This document shows positions 8,957 through 18,322 of a stretch of DNA of 35,259 nt, in pieces. Origin of the DNA: a virus. The DNA is taken from IMG/VR virus record IMGVR_UViG_3300045988_102484. One strand, 5' to 3'. Positions within the stretch are counted from its first letter, which is position 1; each line of letters starts with the position of its first letter. Made by a program: the position numbers and the translations under genes. Under the pieces are notes generated by a model, which saw only the letters and a program-made list of their open reading frames with translations, searched no databases and was not told the origin of the DNA.

Positions 8957-11019
8957 TAATCTACGCAAATGCGGACGGAGCGGTGCAGTCCTCGCCGTCT
9001 TTCCTCCCGTGCGGATCTGGAGGAATTCCGGTGCAAATCGTTGCGCCGTATTATGCCGGATGGACATGCTCGGTCGCGGTCACTCCTCCGTCCATGCTGA
9101 TCATTGATCCTGTCATTCTTACGCCATCGTTTGGCGGGGATCTCGGAGTATGGACGGGCAGGATGCCTCCCGGCACAGCGTCAAAACCGGGCGGCGGAAC
9201 GTATCAACTGCAGTTCGTCAGCGCAGACGGTCAGACGGTTGCAACGCTGTCCGGCACCTACTATGTGCAGCGCGGCGTGGTAGATGCGTACCCGGAGGAC
9301 ATGAGCGACCTGTCCTCGTACAGTCTGAAAACGCTGGCTGTTCTTCTGTCGCAGTTTGCGAACAAATACAACGAGTTTGCAACAAGGCTGGAAGATCTGG
9401 AAAACGGCTCCGGCTCTGTCCCGGACAACGTGGTGACTACTGACACATTGAAGGACGATTTACAAGGAATTGAGGGGTACGAGATGAAATTGATCAAGAA
9501 TGTGCTGTCATGGGGGATTTCCGGAAAAGTGCTGGCATCCGTGGTGCTGGCTGGCTTGTCAACTCTGACGTCGTGTTTTTGGACGCAGACAAACCGGGAC
9601 AATCTGGCGACAATGTTGGAGAGCGTTCCCATTGTTGCGGAAACGGAAACCGAGGCGGAAGCCATCAACACGGTTCGCGAATCGCTTACGACTGCATTGC
9701 GGACTACGGCGCCGGATGAGCCGGAATATGTGTACATCACGTTTGCGCTCGATGGCGTGACCGCCTCCATCGGAGGTCAGACCTACGAGAACGGCATTGC
9801 TCCCGTTGAGCTTGGGAAAAGCGTTTCGATAACGTTTACGCCCAAAGCTGACAATATTTCTGCAAGACCAGCCGACGGAGCCACGATTACAGCGCCGGCG
9901 GGCTATACCGGCGAGAACGGAGTAGCTGATGGCGTGTATGTAATCAAATTCGCCCCGACAGCCGACGCATCGGTATCGTGCGTGGGGGCTGTGATTAAGT
10001 CGCCCGAAGTTCTGGCGGGGATAGAAGTCAACCACTGCACGCTCCCCGCCAACGGAGCGACTGGCGTCTATGATGTGTACCTCGGCTCCGGCTCGCCTAT
10101 CGCCACTTACGGCGACATGCAGGGCTATATGAGCGTGCGGGCTATCTACAAGCGGGACGGAGTGCAGACGCGCACCGAGGAGCTGACCGACTACACAATC
10201 GCTAACGCCGAGGACTATATCAGCGTGTCCGGGCTGTATGCCATCGTCACGGTCAGATACGGCAAGTTTTCCGCGACGATCTTACTCAACGAAGTTTCCA
10301 AATACACCATGTCCGGCGCTGTATTCTACCTCGACGGAGAAGTGCTGGAAGGTAGCACCGTTTCGCTTCCGGTTGGAAAGACATTCAAAAGCCTTATATC
10401 TTCCGGTCGGCTGAAGGTGAAAACCATTTCTGATATGTTCGGCACGCGCTGGGCAAAGCGGGAATGGTCAGACATCTTTAAGTCAGAGGTAAACATTGCG
10501 GGAAAATATTCGGAAGTTGAAGCCGTCCAAAGCTATGATGGATATACGCCGTCCTGCCGGTTCTCTTTCGGAAATACTCTGACCACTGTCAATACTGCAA
10601 GCGCCACGTTTACGCTGAAACCAGTTGCGCCGGGTTCGACGGTTACGGTCACGCAAAGCGGTGACGGATTCAGAATCGAAGAGCTGAGCGGCGCGACTTC
10701 CGGAACCGTTGAAATATCGAACGGACTGCTGGAACTCGTCATAAAGGTGGCAAGCGGATACACCTCGTCCGGCGTGTTTACCGTGACCAAAAACGGAGAG
10801 ACGCTGACGGCTGGAACCGGATATCTCGTCACCGGCAACGATACAGACGGGTACGCGCTTTCCGTGTCCGGATGTGCTGACGGCGACAATGTGACGGTTC
10901 ATCTTTCGACCACTACGGCACAGGCTGACAATATCCGCTTTGAAAACGGAGTGCTGACCATCTTGGCGCTCGCCAACACACCGACGCAAACGGAAGACGG
11001 AATCCTGCATATTGTATAA
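8953..11019 (+). CDS. Tail fibre / receptor-binding protein with C-terminal Ig-like repeats
   Basis: ATG 8953 overlaps the upstream TGA (ATGA). 688 aa. Track ORF 8809..11019 is an N-extended version. Has a central coiled segment and a beta-rich C-terminus. Confidence 0.6.
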   Translation: MIIYANADGAVQSSPSFLPCGSGGIPVQIVAPYYAGWTCSVAVTPPSMLIIDPVILTPSFGGDLGVWTGRMPPGTASKPGGGTYQLQFVSADGQTVATLSGTYYVQRGVVDAYPEDMSDLSSYSLKTLAVLLSQFANKYNEFATRLEDLENGSGSVPDNVVTTDTLKDDLQGIEGYEMKLIKNVLSWGISGKVLASVVLAGLSTLTSCFWTQTNRDNLATMLESVPIVAETETEAEAINTVRESLTTALRTTAPDEPEYVYITFALDGVTASIGGQTYENGIAPVELGKSVSITFTPKADNISARPADGATITAPAGYTGENGVADGVYVIKFAPTADASVSCVGAVIKSPEVLAGIEVNHCTLPANGATGVYDVYLGSGSPIATYGDMQGYMSVRAIYKRDGVQTRTEELTDYTIANAEDYISVSGLYAIVTVRYGKFSATILLNEVSKYTMSGAVFYLDGEVLEGSTVSLPVGKTFKSLISSGRLKVKTISDMFGTRWAKREWSDIFKSEVNIAGKYSEVEAVQSYDGYTPSCRFSFGNTLTTVNTASATFTLKPVAPGSTVTVTQSGDGFRIEELSGATSGTVEISNGLLELVIKVASGYTSSGVFTVTKNGETLTAGTGYLVTGNDTDGYALSVSGCADGDNVTVHLSTTTAQADNIRFENGVLTILALANTPTQTEDGILHIV

Positions 11020-11031
11020 GGGGGTGCAAAA

Positions 11032-12381
11032 ATGAGTAAAAACATAAAGATTAACGGGACAACATACAACGGCGTCCCATCCGTGGCTATTCCGCTCGCC
11101 GATAATTCCGGAGAGGCGCTTTTCCGGGACGCATCCGAGGTAATTGACACGCCGACAGCCACCAAATCAGTCACAGCAAACGGCGAGTATGACGTTACGA
11201 ATTTTGCAAAGGTGGCGGTGGCAGTGTCCGGCGAAGCTCCAACCTTGCAGTCAAAGAGTGTGACGCCTGGAACCTCGGCGCAGACGGTCACGCCGGACAG
11301 CGGCTACGACGGGCTTTCGCAAGTGACGGTTGGAGCGGTGCAGGTGCAGGAAAAGACCGTAACACCGGGAACCTCGGCGCAGACGGTCACGCCGGACGCG
11401 GGGAAGTATCTGTCCAAGGTGACGGTGGGGGCGGTAGCCGGTGCGCCGGTGCTGTCTGCGCTGGGTGTATCGCCGACGGCTGTCACAGTGCCGGCGGGGA
11501 CGGCGGCGGATGGTATCAAGAGTTATCTGACCGCCATGAGCGGCACCTACACGCTGACCGGGTACACGGGGACGCTGACCAAAGACCTGACGTCTGCTAT
11601 CAGCTCCGCGACGGTAAGCGGGACACTGCCGAGCGCCGGAAATACGTCGGCTATGACTATAAGCTACGACGGAAAGTCTGCAATCGTCTCGGTCACTGTG
11701 GAGGCGGCAGCTCCCACGCTGACCGGGTTGAGCGCTACCTATACCGGCGGAACGGTCGCGGCTGGCACGACGCTTTCCCAGCTGACCGAGGTAGTCAAGG
11801 CGACATACTCCGACGGCACCACGTCGGCGGCACTGACCAAGGGGACGGACTACACGCTGTCCGGGGAGCTGACAGCGGGACAGGCGAACACAGTCACGGT
11901 CACGGGCGCGGGGACGTATGCAGGATTCACAACGAGCTTTTCGGTGACGGTGGCGGGCGCCGCCGCGGTAACAAGCTCCGCCGGAACAGGGTCGAACAGC
12001 ACGGGTAATTGGCAAAGAACGCTGACCGTTTCGCAGGAAACCGCGCTGACGGGCGACATAAACAAGATAACCATTGTCATGAATGACGCCTTGATAAGTC
12101 AAGCAAATGTTAACAACTTGTACAACTGCAATCTTACCAAAAACGCATCTGGCAACTGGGAAGGATCGGTTCGTGTGGTCAACAATCGAAACAGCGAATC
12201 GGGTTGGCGGAATTTTACGGATAATAATTACGCGACTGTTATAATTTCCGGCGGGAAGGTGACGAAAGTGGAGATTCCAACCACCTACATGAGCGAGTCT
12301 CTTCCGAATTTCAATGCACGCTTTATGTTTGATAAAGACGGCATCTCTCCGTCCTACTATGTGACGGTTGAAAGCGTATGA
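11032..12381 (+). CDS. Tail fibre protein with 33-aa KxVTPGTSAQTVTPDxGY..VTVGAV repeats
   Basis: 449 aa with RBS GGGGGTGCAAAA-ATG. Thr/Ala/Gly-rich beta repeats, including an internal tandem duplication. Confidence 0.65.
   Translation: MSKNIKINGTTYNGVPSVAIPLADNSGEALFRDASEVIDTPTATKSVTANGEYDVTNFAKVAVAVSGEAPTLQSKSVTPGTSAQTVTPDSGYDGLSQVTVGAVQVQEKTVTPGTSAQTVTPDAGKYLSKVTVGAVAGAPVLSALGVSPTAVTVPAGTAADGIKSYLTAMSGTYTLTGYTGTLTKDLTSAISSATVSGTLPSAGNTSAMTISYDGKSAIVSVTVEAAAPTLTGLSATYTGGTVAAGTTLSQLTEVVKATYSDGTTSAALTKGTDYTLSGELTAGQANTVTVTGAGTYAGFTTSFSVTVAGAAAVTSSAGTGSNSTGNWQRTLTVSQETALTGDINKITIVMNDALISQANVNNLYNCNLTKNASGNWEGSVRVVNNRNSESGWRNFTDNNYATVIISGGKVTKVEIPTTYMSESLPNFNARFMFDKDGISPSYYVTVESV
11269..11397 (+). 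repeat. Intragenic tandem duplication (identical 30-bp cores at 11269..11298 and 11368..11397, period 99 bp)
   Basis: GGAACCTCGGCGCAGACGGTCACGCCGGAC occurs twice, 99 bp (33 codons) apart. Confidence 0.9.
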
Positions 12382-15300
12382 CGGCATTTGTTACATATGC
12401 GGCGGGAACACATTCCGCCGCGATAGGCTACAGTGCGGGCAGGCAGACGGTTTCCCCGCGCTACGTGCCCGACACGGACGGCGGAGCTGTCACGGTCACG
12501 GTCAACGGCGAATCTGTCGGCACAAATCCGCAGACGCTGACAATCAAGGCAGGGGACACGGTAAGCGCATCCGGCGGCGCTTGCGTGTTTCAAGTCAAAA
12601 TCGACTGGGACTATTCGCAGGACAAGCCGCTGTCTATCTACCATTGGGTGGATATGTCCGACTCTCTTGGCGATGTTGACCTGCATGGCGCGTCCTCTAC
12701 TTCTTCCGGAATAAAAGGCGACTACAAGTACAGTAAGGTTATTGAGGACAGAACAGGGTTGCAAGTCACATATCTTTCAAAAGGCGGGTGCGGATTCTAC
12801 AAAGGAGGCGGCACGGTTTACGCTTCCGGCAACATCGTTGCCAATCGTGCGGCAAACGTACCGCACGATGCGGACATAGTAACGCTGTGGGGCTCGTATA
12901 ATGACCAGATAATCGGCGCCTATATCGCAAGCAACACGGAGTGTGACACGACGGACGCATGGCACGGGCAACCGACTTTCGGGCGCATTCCGATTTGTCT
13001 GGACGCAGACGGAAACCCCGTATGGAAGGCGGGTGTTTCCGACAAATACCTATACGGCGGCAAGAAGCTCACCGCGAGCGTGCTGAAAGATTGCCCGCTG
13101 ACCGAAACCCTGACCGGCATTGACGGAACGCCGAAAAAGCAGACATACGCGGCATACATCAATGAGGCGGTGCACATTATTCGCAAACGCGCACCGTTTG
13201 CAAAAATACGCTTTGTGTCCGGAGGCTGGTGCCGGAACAACGGAGAAGGCAATTTCATGTGGAAAAACGTGCAGTACCTGCTTTGGGAAATGGCGAACCG
13301 CGCGAACCACGAGTGGCTGAACCTGCTGTGGTGCACCTATCCGGGGAAAGGATATCCCGCCGGATATGTGGATACCATCGCCGACTATCGAGTCGGCACG
13401 GACAACAGCGGCAACAGTGCGGATTATCGGCAGGCGGTACTGTCACAGGGAAACCCGTACCTGAACTTTATTTCCGGCTGGGGGCTGTCCTACGGGCAGG
13501 CGAACTCCGACCACTCCATTGCGTCAGACCCGACCGCATCCGACCTGTTCACCATCGCTTACGGTTGGTGGGCAAGCCCCGGACACCCGAACGACGATTT
13601 TCACGAGCAATTCCACGCGCCTGTCGTGTGTGAATATCTATGCCGGCAGCTCGGCGTGGACACTTCCTGCCTGCCGGAACGTATAAGAGCAACACGGGCA
13701 GAAGTGACCTATAAAAGCGGCTACACGGAATACACTAAGCTGGCAGCCATGCCGACGCAGGTGTCCTCTGTTTCCCTTCCCTCGCCCTCTCTGACCGTCC
13801 GCCTCGGCGAAACGGCAAGCCTTGCGGCAACGGTGTCTCCGGCAAGCGCGGCAGAATCCCGCGTGCTGTTCGTGTCGTCCAATGAAGCAGTAGCAACTGT
13901 GGACGCAGAAGGAATCGTGACGGCAGTCAGTGAAGGCACGGCAACGGTTGAGGCGGTGACCGTGGATGGCGGAAAGCGAGCGGCGGCAACCGTTACGGTT
14001 ACTGCTTCCGCAACGCGGAAGCATTGGAAAACCTATTCTGCCGAATCCGCAGGCGTAACGGTGACAGACGAGGCAGGCGCCACGGCGCAGGTGCTGTCCG
14101 TTGCGGGCGGAACGCTCGCCTTTGTAGGGGCTTCGGTGACGGTTTCCGTAAACGGCAAATCCGTCGGCACAAATCCGCAGACGCTGACAGTCAAGGCAGG
14201 GGACACGGTAAGCGCATCCGGCGGCGCGTGCGTGTTTCGCGTCAGGACTCGGCACGAGTTTGCCAAAGACGGTTCTGACACGTTCTATGGGCTTAACTGG
14301 GTTTGCGTTGGCGATTCGCTCCTGTCTATACAGCAAAACGGAGCAGACGGGTTCAACAACTATTCGCAGGCGGTCAAGGCGTGGGAAATGCTATCCGGTC
14401 AGTACGCAGACGGACGGGCGGAATATGACTCGTCAAATGTCACGAATAACATGAAGCGTCCAGCTCTCATGAGCGGGATAAACTGCTACGGCGGCAAGAA
14501 TCTGGCGGGAACGCTGTTCGCGCAAGGCGGAACCGGGATGTACAGGAACTCCCCGTATTACTTGCGCCTTGAGGATTGCCCGCACGATGCGGACATTATA
14601 ACGATTTACGGGTCGATCAACGACTGGAATTATCGGGTGGCGGGAGCTTCCGGCGATGAAGCCTATGGATCAACGCGCGGCAAATTCTTCACGGAATCCA
14701 GTATGGCTAAATTCACCGACCGGCTGACTTACGCGCAGAATGTTATGGAAAAAGACGGATATGACGCCACCGATATATCCACGTATGCGCGTTATGTCTC
14801 AAAGGCGATCGAGACAGCACACAGGCAGGCTCCGCTCGCCAAGGTCGTAGTGCTATCGCCGATCTTCTATAATGTGCAGAACTCGGCGACAAGCAGCCGT
14901 CTGTATTCTGACCCGCCGAACTCCCGCTATATCGTCGTACAGGACTACCATCGCAAGTATGGCGCCGACTGGCTGAGCTGGGCAACATGGGGACTCCAAA
15001 GTTCCGCCACTTACAATGCCGCCCTTAACCGATGGACGATCACAACCGCGTCAAATTCCTGGTTGGATGACAGCAGCATCCTTGTGGACGGCGAGACGAT
15101 CCCGGCACACAAGATGATGAGCGACACGGCGTTCGCCGAGAAATACGTTTACGATTACAGCGCCTCAGCCGTATCCTACGGACACATGAATTCGCTGTAT
15201 AACGAGATATACCTTGCTCCAAAGTTCGCGAATCTGATCTGCGATACCCTGGGGCTTTCCGGGTACTATCTGCCGCAGGGACTCAAATGCAACAATTTGA

Positions 15301-15704
15301 CATACATCAAACCGGCAGAACCAGATCCGGAGCCGACAGTATACAGAATATCCGTCACGGCGACGGGTTGCACTGTGTCGGGGGCGTCCACCATCACGGA
15401 AGGCGGAACGGCGACGCTGACGGCAACCGCGGACAGCGGGTACAGTCTGCCGGATGCGGTGACGGTCACAGGGGCATCCTACTCATGGAACAGCGCGACC
15501 GGGGTGCTCACGCTGTCAGACCCGACCGGGGCTGTGTCCGTAACGGTGACGGCAGTTAAGGAGGCAGAGCCGGAGTTGATTCCGCTGTTTGATCGAAACG
15601 GGAACAGGATACAGATCCGCGATAGACTGTGGGTTAAATCTTCCGGCGGAATGATTCACCCGGATCACATATGTGATAAAGTCGGAAACAAAATACAACT
15701 TTAG
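12378..15704 (+). CDS. Tail-associated protein with two [N-domain + SGNH/GDSL-like esterase] modules, a Big_2-like Ig domain and a C-terminal Ig-like domain
   Basis: 1108 aa. Module 1 has DMSDSLGD, LWGSYNDQ and GHPNDDFH. Module 2 has VCVGDSLLS, IYGSINDW and SYGHMN. These match SGNH blocks I, III and V. The Big_2-like segment is SVSLPSPSLTVRLGETASLAATVSP...VTAVSEGTATVEA. Confidence 0.7.
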   Translation: MTAFVTYAAGTHSAAIGYSAGRQTVSPRYVPDTDGGAVTVTVNGESVGTNPQTLTIKAGDTVSASGGACVFQVKIDWDYSQDKPLSIYHWVDMSDSLGDVDLHGASSTSSGIKGDYKYSKVIEDRTGLQVTYLSKGGCGFYKGGGTVYASGNIVANRAANVPHDADIVTLWGSYNDQIIGAYIASNTECDTTDAWHGQPTFGRIPICLDADGNPVWKAGVSDKYLYGGKKLTASVLKDCPLTETLTGIDGTPKKQTYAAYINEAVHIIRKRAPFAKIRFVSGGWCRNNGEGNFMWKNVQYLLWEMANRANHEWLNLLWCTYPGKGYPAGYVDTIADYRVGTDNSGNSADYRQAVLSQGNPYLNFISGWGLSYGQANSDHSIASDPTASDLFTIAYGWWASPGHPNDDFHEQFHAPVVCEYLCRQLGVDTSCLPERIRATRAEVTYKSGYTEYTKLAAMPTQVSSVSLPSPSLTVRLGETASLAATVSPASAAESRVLFVSSNEAVATVDAEGIVTAVSEGTATVEAVTVDGGKRAAATVTVTASATRKHWKTYSAESAGVTVTDEAGATAQVLSVAGGTLAFVGASVTVSVNGKSVGTNPQTLTVKAGDTVSASGGACVFRVRTRHEFAKDGSDTFYGLNWVCVGDSLLSIQQNGADGFNNYSQAVKAWEMLSGQYADGRAEYDSSNVTNNMKRPALMSGINCYGGKNLAGTLFAQGGTGMYRNSPYYLRLEDCPHDADIITIYGSINDWNYRVAGASGDEAYGSTRGKFFTESSMAKFTDRLTYAQNVMEKDGYDATDISTYARYVSKAIETAHRQAPLAKVVVLSPIFYNVQNSATSSRLYSDPPNSRYIVVQDYHRKYGADWLSWATWGLQSSATYNAALNRWTITTASNSWLDDSSILVDGETIPAHKMMSDTAFAEKYVYDYSASAVSYGHMNSLYNEIYLAPKFANLICDTLGLSGYYLPQGLKCNNLTYIKPAEPDPEPTVYRISVTATGCTVSGASTITEGGTATLTATADSGYSLPDAVTVTGASYSWNSATGVLTLSDPTGAVSVTVTAVKEAEPELIPLFDRNGNRIQIRDRLWVKSSGGMIHPDHICDKVGNKIQL
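12516..12590 (+). repeat. 75-bp intragenic repeat, copy 1 (73/75 identical to 14163..14237)
   Basis: GTCGGCACAAATCCGCAGACGCTGACA[A/G]TCAAGGCAGGGGACACGGTAAGCGCATCCGGCGGCGC[T/G]TGCGTGTTT, read directly. Confidence 0.95.
14163..14237 (+). repeat. 75-bp intragenic repeat, copy 2
   Basis: Same sequence as 12516..12590 with two substitutions. Encodes VGTNPQTLT(I/V)KAGDTVSASGGACVF. Confidence 0.95.
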
Positions 15705-15733
15705 AGAAAATTCAGAGCAAGGAGAATGAAATT

Positions 15734-16117
15734 TTGAAGCTTGAAATAATGAAAGCCCCCAAAAAGGAAGCTTTGTTTACAGCGATGAACCAGCCCGGTA
15801 TTTTCGCCGAGGCTGACGTTCGGGGAAACCTTAATATCGCGGGAGTCCGGTACCGCGTGTCAACGGGTGGAATCAATCCAACGATACCGGTTGACGGATC
15901 GGTTCCGATCGTCTTTGAGGAAGATGGCGGAGAGGTGTATCCGGTCAGGCTTGCCAAGATCAGATCTGGACGAATTGTCCCAGATGTGACGGACGCCGAT
16001 GTCGTTGAGATCCTCGCGCGGGTCATGCGAATCGAGGAAAGCATCGAGGAACTTCGCCAAAAGATTGAAAGCACGGACGCCAAAGTTGACAACGACCTTC
16101 TTGGCAGTATTTTTTGA
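15734..16117 (+). CDS. Hypothetical protein (possible fibre chaperone/assembly factor, by position)
   Basis: 127 aa, TTG start 9 nt after AAGGAGA. Alternative start ATG 15749. Confidence 0.5.
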   Translation: MKLEIMKAPKKEALFTAMNQPGIFAEADVRGNLNIAGVRYRVSTGGINPTIPVDGSVPIVFEEDGGEVYPVRLAKIRSGRIVPDVTDADVVEILARVMRIEESIEELRQKIESTDAKVDNDLLGSIF

Positions 16118-16133
16118 AAGGGGTATAAAAACC

Positions 16134-16934
16134 ATGAAAAAAAGCAAACTGTTCGCATTCCTTACAGCAATCCTTCTGTTGTTCTCCGCCTGCATCGTCT
16201 CGGCGCAGGCGGCAGAGTCGGAATCCGGCGCGGAAACTCCTGCGGAATCAATCTCGGAAACGGCATCCGGCGCCGAAACCGGCACGGATACCGAAACCGA
16301 TACGTCGGCAAAGACGCTGACGGCGGAAGAGATTGAAAGCATCCTCGCGGATGCCTCACCGGAGCAGGTGAAGTACATCAAAGCCAAAATCGAGTCGGTT
16401 CTGTCAGGGCTGGAGGGATACAACGTGACCGGATGGGATAAGGTAGCGGCATGGGTGACGCGCAATATCTACGCGGTATCATGGGCTATCTTCGGTATTG
16501 GCGTTGTCTTCGCCGCGTTTGTATACATTCGCAAGAATCGCGGTCTGATGCGTCAGCTTGCCACGCTAAACAACAACAGCGTGGAAATTGCAAAAGCAAG
16601 CCACGAGGACAGCGGCAGAGCGTTGGATGCGGTCAAACAATACGCGGCAGAAACGGCGGAAATGCGTGAAGCGGTGGCGGAAATGACCGAAGAAGTCGCC
16701 GAAATGCTTGCGGCGCATGAATCAACAAGCGCGGAGAGGGATGCGGCGGTGGCAGAGATTGACGCGCAGAGAAAGGCAGAAACGGACGCCATCCTCTTGC
16801 TTGCCGACACACTGGAGGCAATGATGCAGTGCTCCCGCATCAACGATGCCAGAAAGGACGAGATCGCCGCCAAATACGCCGCCGCGAAGCGGCTGATTGG
16901 AGGTGCCACGGATGAAAAAACCGGTAACGGTTAA
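16134..16934 (+). CDS. Exported/membrane protein: signal peptide, acidic low-complexity region, one TM helix, coiled coil
   Basis: Starts MKKSKLFAFLTAILLLFSACIVSAQA (ATG 16134 within track ORF 15999..16934). TM segment AVSWAIFGIGVVFAAFVYI, followed by an AEM-rich helical tail. Confidence 0.6.
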   Translation: MKKSKLFAFLTAILLLFSACIVSAQAAESESGAETPAESISETASGAETGTDTETDTSAKTLTAEEIESILADASPEQVKYIKAKIESVLSGLEGYNVTGWDKVAAWVTRNIYAVSWAIFGIGVVFAAFVYIRKNRGLMRQLATLNNNSVEIAKASHEDSGRALDAVKQYAAETAEMREAVAEMTEEVAEMLAAHESTSAERDAAVAEIDAQRKAETDAILLLADTLEAMMQCSRINDARKDEIAAKYAAAKRLIGGATDEKTGNG

Positions 16935-17349
16935 AAGGATGTGCTACGTCCTTTCATACGTCGTCGGGATCGGTGTCCCGGTGTGGGCGGTTATGGAAAA
17001 GTTCCCGATTTGGGCGAAGGAGTACAGCCCGGCTAAATCGGCGGGGATCGGTCTGCTTCTTATCGCTTGCATAGTGGTTGCAGTCGGCAGAAAGGTCATA
17101 GTGCCGGCGATCGCAAAGTGGCTCGGGTGGCTTGTAGGCTGGGTCGCGCTTGCGCTTGGAGCCGGACTGCTTGCCGGAATCTCGGTATGGCTTTACAATT
17201 CATTGCAAATTCTGCATGACCTCGGAACCGTTTGCATCGCCTGTTGCGTCGGCTTTTCCATTGCCGCCGCAATAGCGGCGGTGGGGAAAATAATAGGGGA
17301 ATCGGAAGCCCCGAGAAAGGAAGATCACAATGGAGTTGGAACGGATTGA
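16912..17349 (+). CDS. Polytopic membrane protein (about 4 TM), holin-like candidate
   Basis: GGAGGTG lies 6 nt before ATG 16912 (track ORF 16897). 145 aa, almost entirely hydrophobic helices. Confidence 0.55.
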   Translation: MKKPVTVKRMCYVLSYVVGIGVPVWAVMEKFPIWAKEYSPAKSAGIGLLLIACIVVAVGRKVIVPAIAKWLGWLVGWVALALGAGLLAGISVWLYNSLQILHDLGTVCIACCVGFSIAAAIAAVGKIIGESEAPRKEDHNGVGTD

Positions 17350-18322
17350 AGAGGAAAGCGGATTTGAAAAAAAGGCAATCGCCTATAATGCCAAAAGTAA
17401 AGCCGCAGCTCATATTTTTGGAAACAACTTGTCACTGATCATCTGCTTTCTTCTTCCGGCGCTCTTTGTCTTCACGATCTGGACAAGACCGACGATCAAT
17501 GCCGGCTTTGCAGTCATGGGAGACTTTGCCATGACTATCGTGATTTTCCTCGCCGGTCAGCGCGCGGCGCTCAACGTGGGGATAGAAGGCGGGAAGCTGG
17601 ACGACGAGTATCTTTCAGCTCGCGCCAAATATCGAGAGGAGAGGGACAAGGTGATAGCCTGTGGAATAAGTCGACTCCCGGATTTTTGCGAAAAAGAAAT
17701 ATCCGAAGAGCTGGACAATGCCATCCGCGTCCGTTGCCGACGGCTTAAAATCAGCCGTGCCGAAATGGAGGAAATGCTTGCCATGAAGCCGGGCGAGCTT
17801 GCCGCAAAAAGGGGGAAGGCGTTCGCCGCCAAATTTGAACCGCTCCGCCGCATAGAGCCGATTGAGCTCACGGACGACATGCTCCTTTCGGAAGGGCGAG
17901 AGTCCTCCAAGCGCGGGGGGCTTGGAAAAGGAGCGGAAGAACATCTGGAAGAGCGCTGGCGTGGAAAGCGCGGAGCAGCGCATATCGCAATCAGCATATT
18001 GACTGTGGTCTTTTCTGTCGCCGTTGGATTCGCAATGGCTGACGGCGTGTCGCTCGCGCTTATTGTTTACACGATTTACAAGATGCTCATGCTTCTCGCG
18101 CGAATGGCGAACAGCTACCGAGCGGGAGCGAAGGCGTATAATACCTACGAAGCCCAATTTCTAACAAACAAGACGAAATACTTGGTCAAATATCAAGAGT
18201 TTGTAAAGGAGGCGGAAAATCACGAAGGTAAAGAGGTGCACACGGAACCAGCTGGACGAATTCTGTGCGAATGCAGGGTTGACCGATCGGCAGAAATACA
18301 TTGTCAAAAGGAAGCTGTTTGA
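17330..18322 (+). CDS. Membrane protein with N- and C-terminal TM pairs and a charged central domain
   Basis: 330 aa. Hydrophobic segments LSLIICFLLPALFVFTIW, FAMTIVIFLAG, IAISILTVVFSVAVGFAM and LALIVYTIYKMLMLLA. The last ~15 codons overlap the next gene and may be non-native. Confidence 0.55.
   Translation: MELERIEEESGFEKKAIAYNAKSKAAAHIFGNNLSLIICFLLPALFVFTIWTRPTINAGFAVMGDFAMTIVIFLAGQRAALNVGIEGGKLDDEYLSARAKYREERDKVIACGISRLPDFCEKEISEELDNAIRVRCRRLKISRAEMEEMLAMKPGELAAKRGKAFAAKFEPLRRIEPIELTDDMLLSEGRESSKRGGLGKGAEEHLEERWRGKRGAAHIAISILTVVFSVAVGFAMADGVSLALIVYTIYKMLMLLARMANSYRAGAKAYNTYEAQFLTNKTKYLVKYQEFVKEAENHEGKEVHTEPAGRILCECRVDRSAEIHCQKEAV

Noticed and set aside
12516-14237. The 75-bp near-identical pair as a template/variable repeat pair of a diversity-generating retroelement
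   Set aside because: No reverse transcriptase gene is present anywhere in the window. The two differences (A/G and T/G) are not adenine-specific. Both copies sit in homologous positions of duplicated domains within one ORF. Intragenic duplication or gene conversion explains the pair.
15999-16133. N-terminal extensions of track ORFs (15999, 3021, 3883, 8809, 16897, 20259, 23780, 31391, 31731 starts)
   Set aside because: Each extension overlaps the preceding gene. It is followed by an internal ATG or GTG with a well-spaced AGGAGG-type RBS or an ATGA/GTGA coupling site. The internal starts were used.
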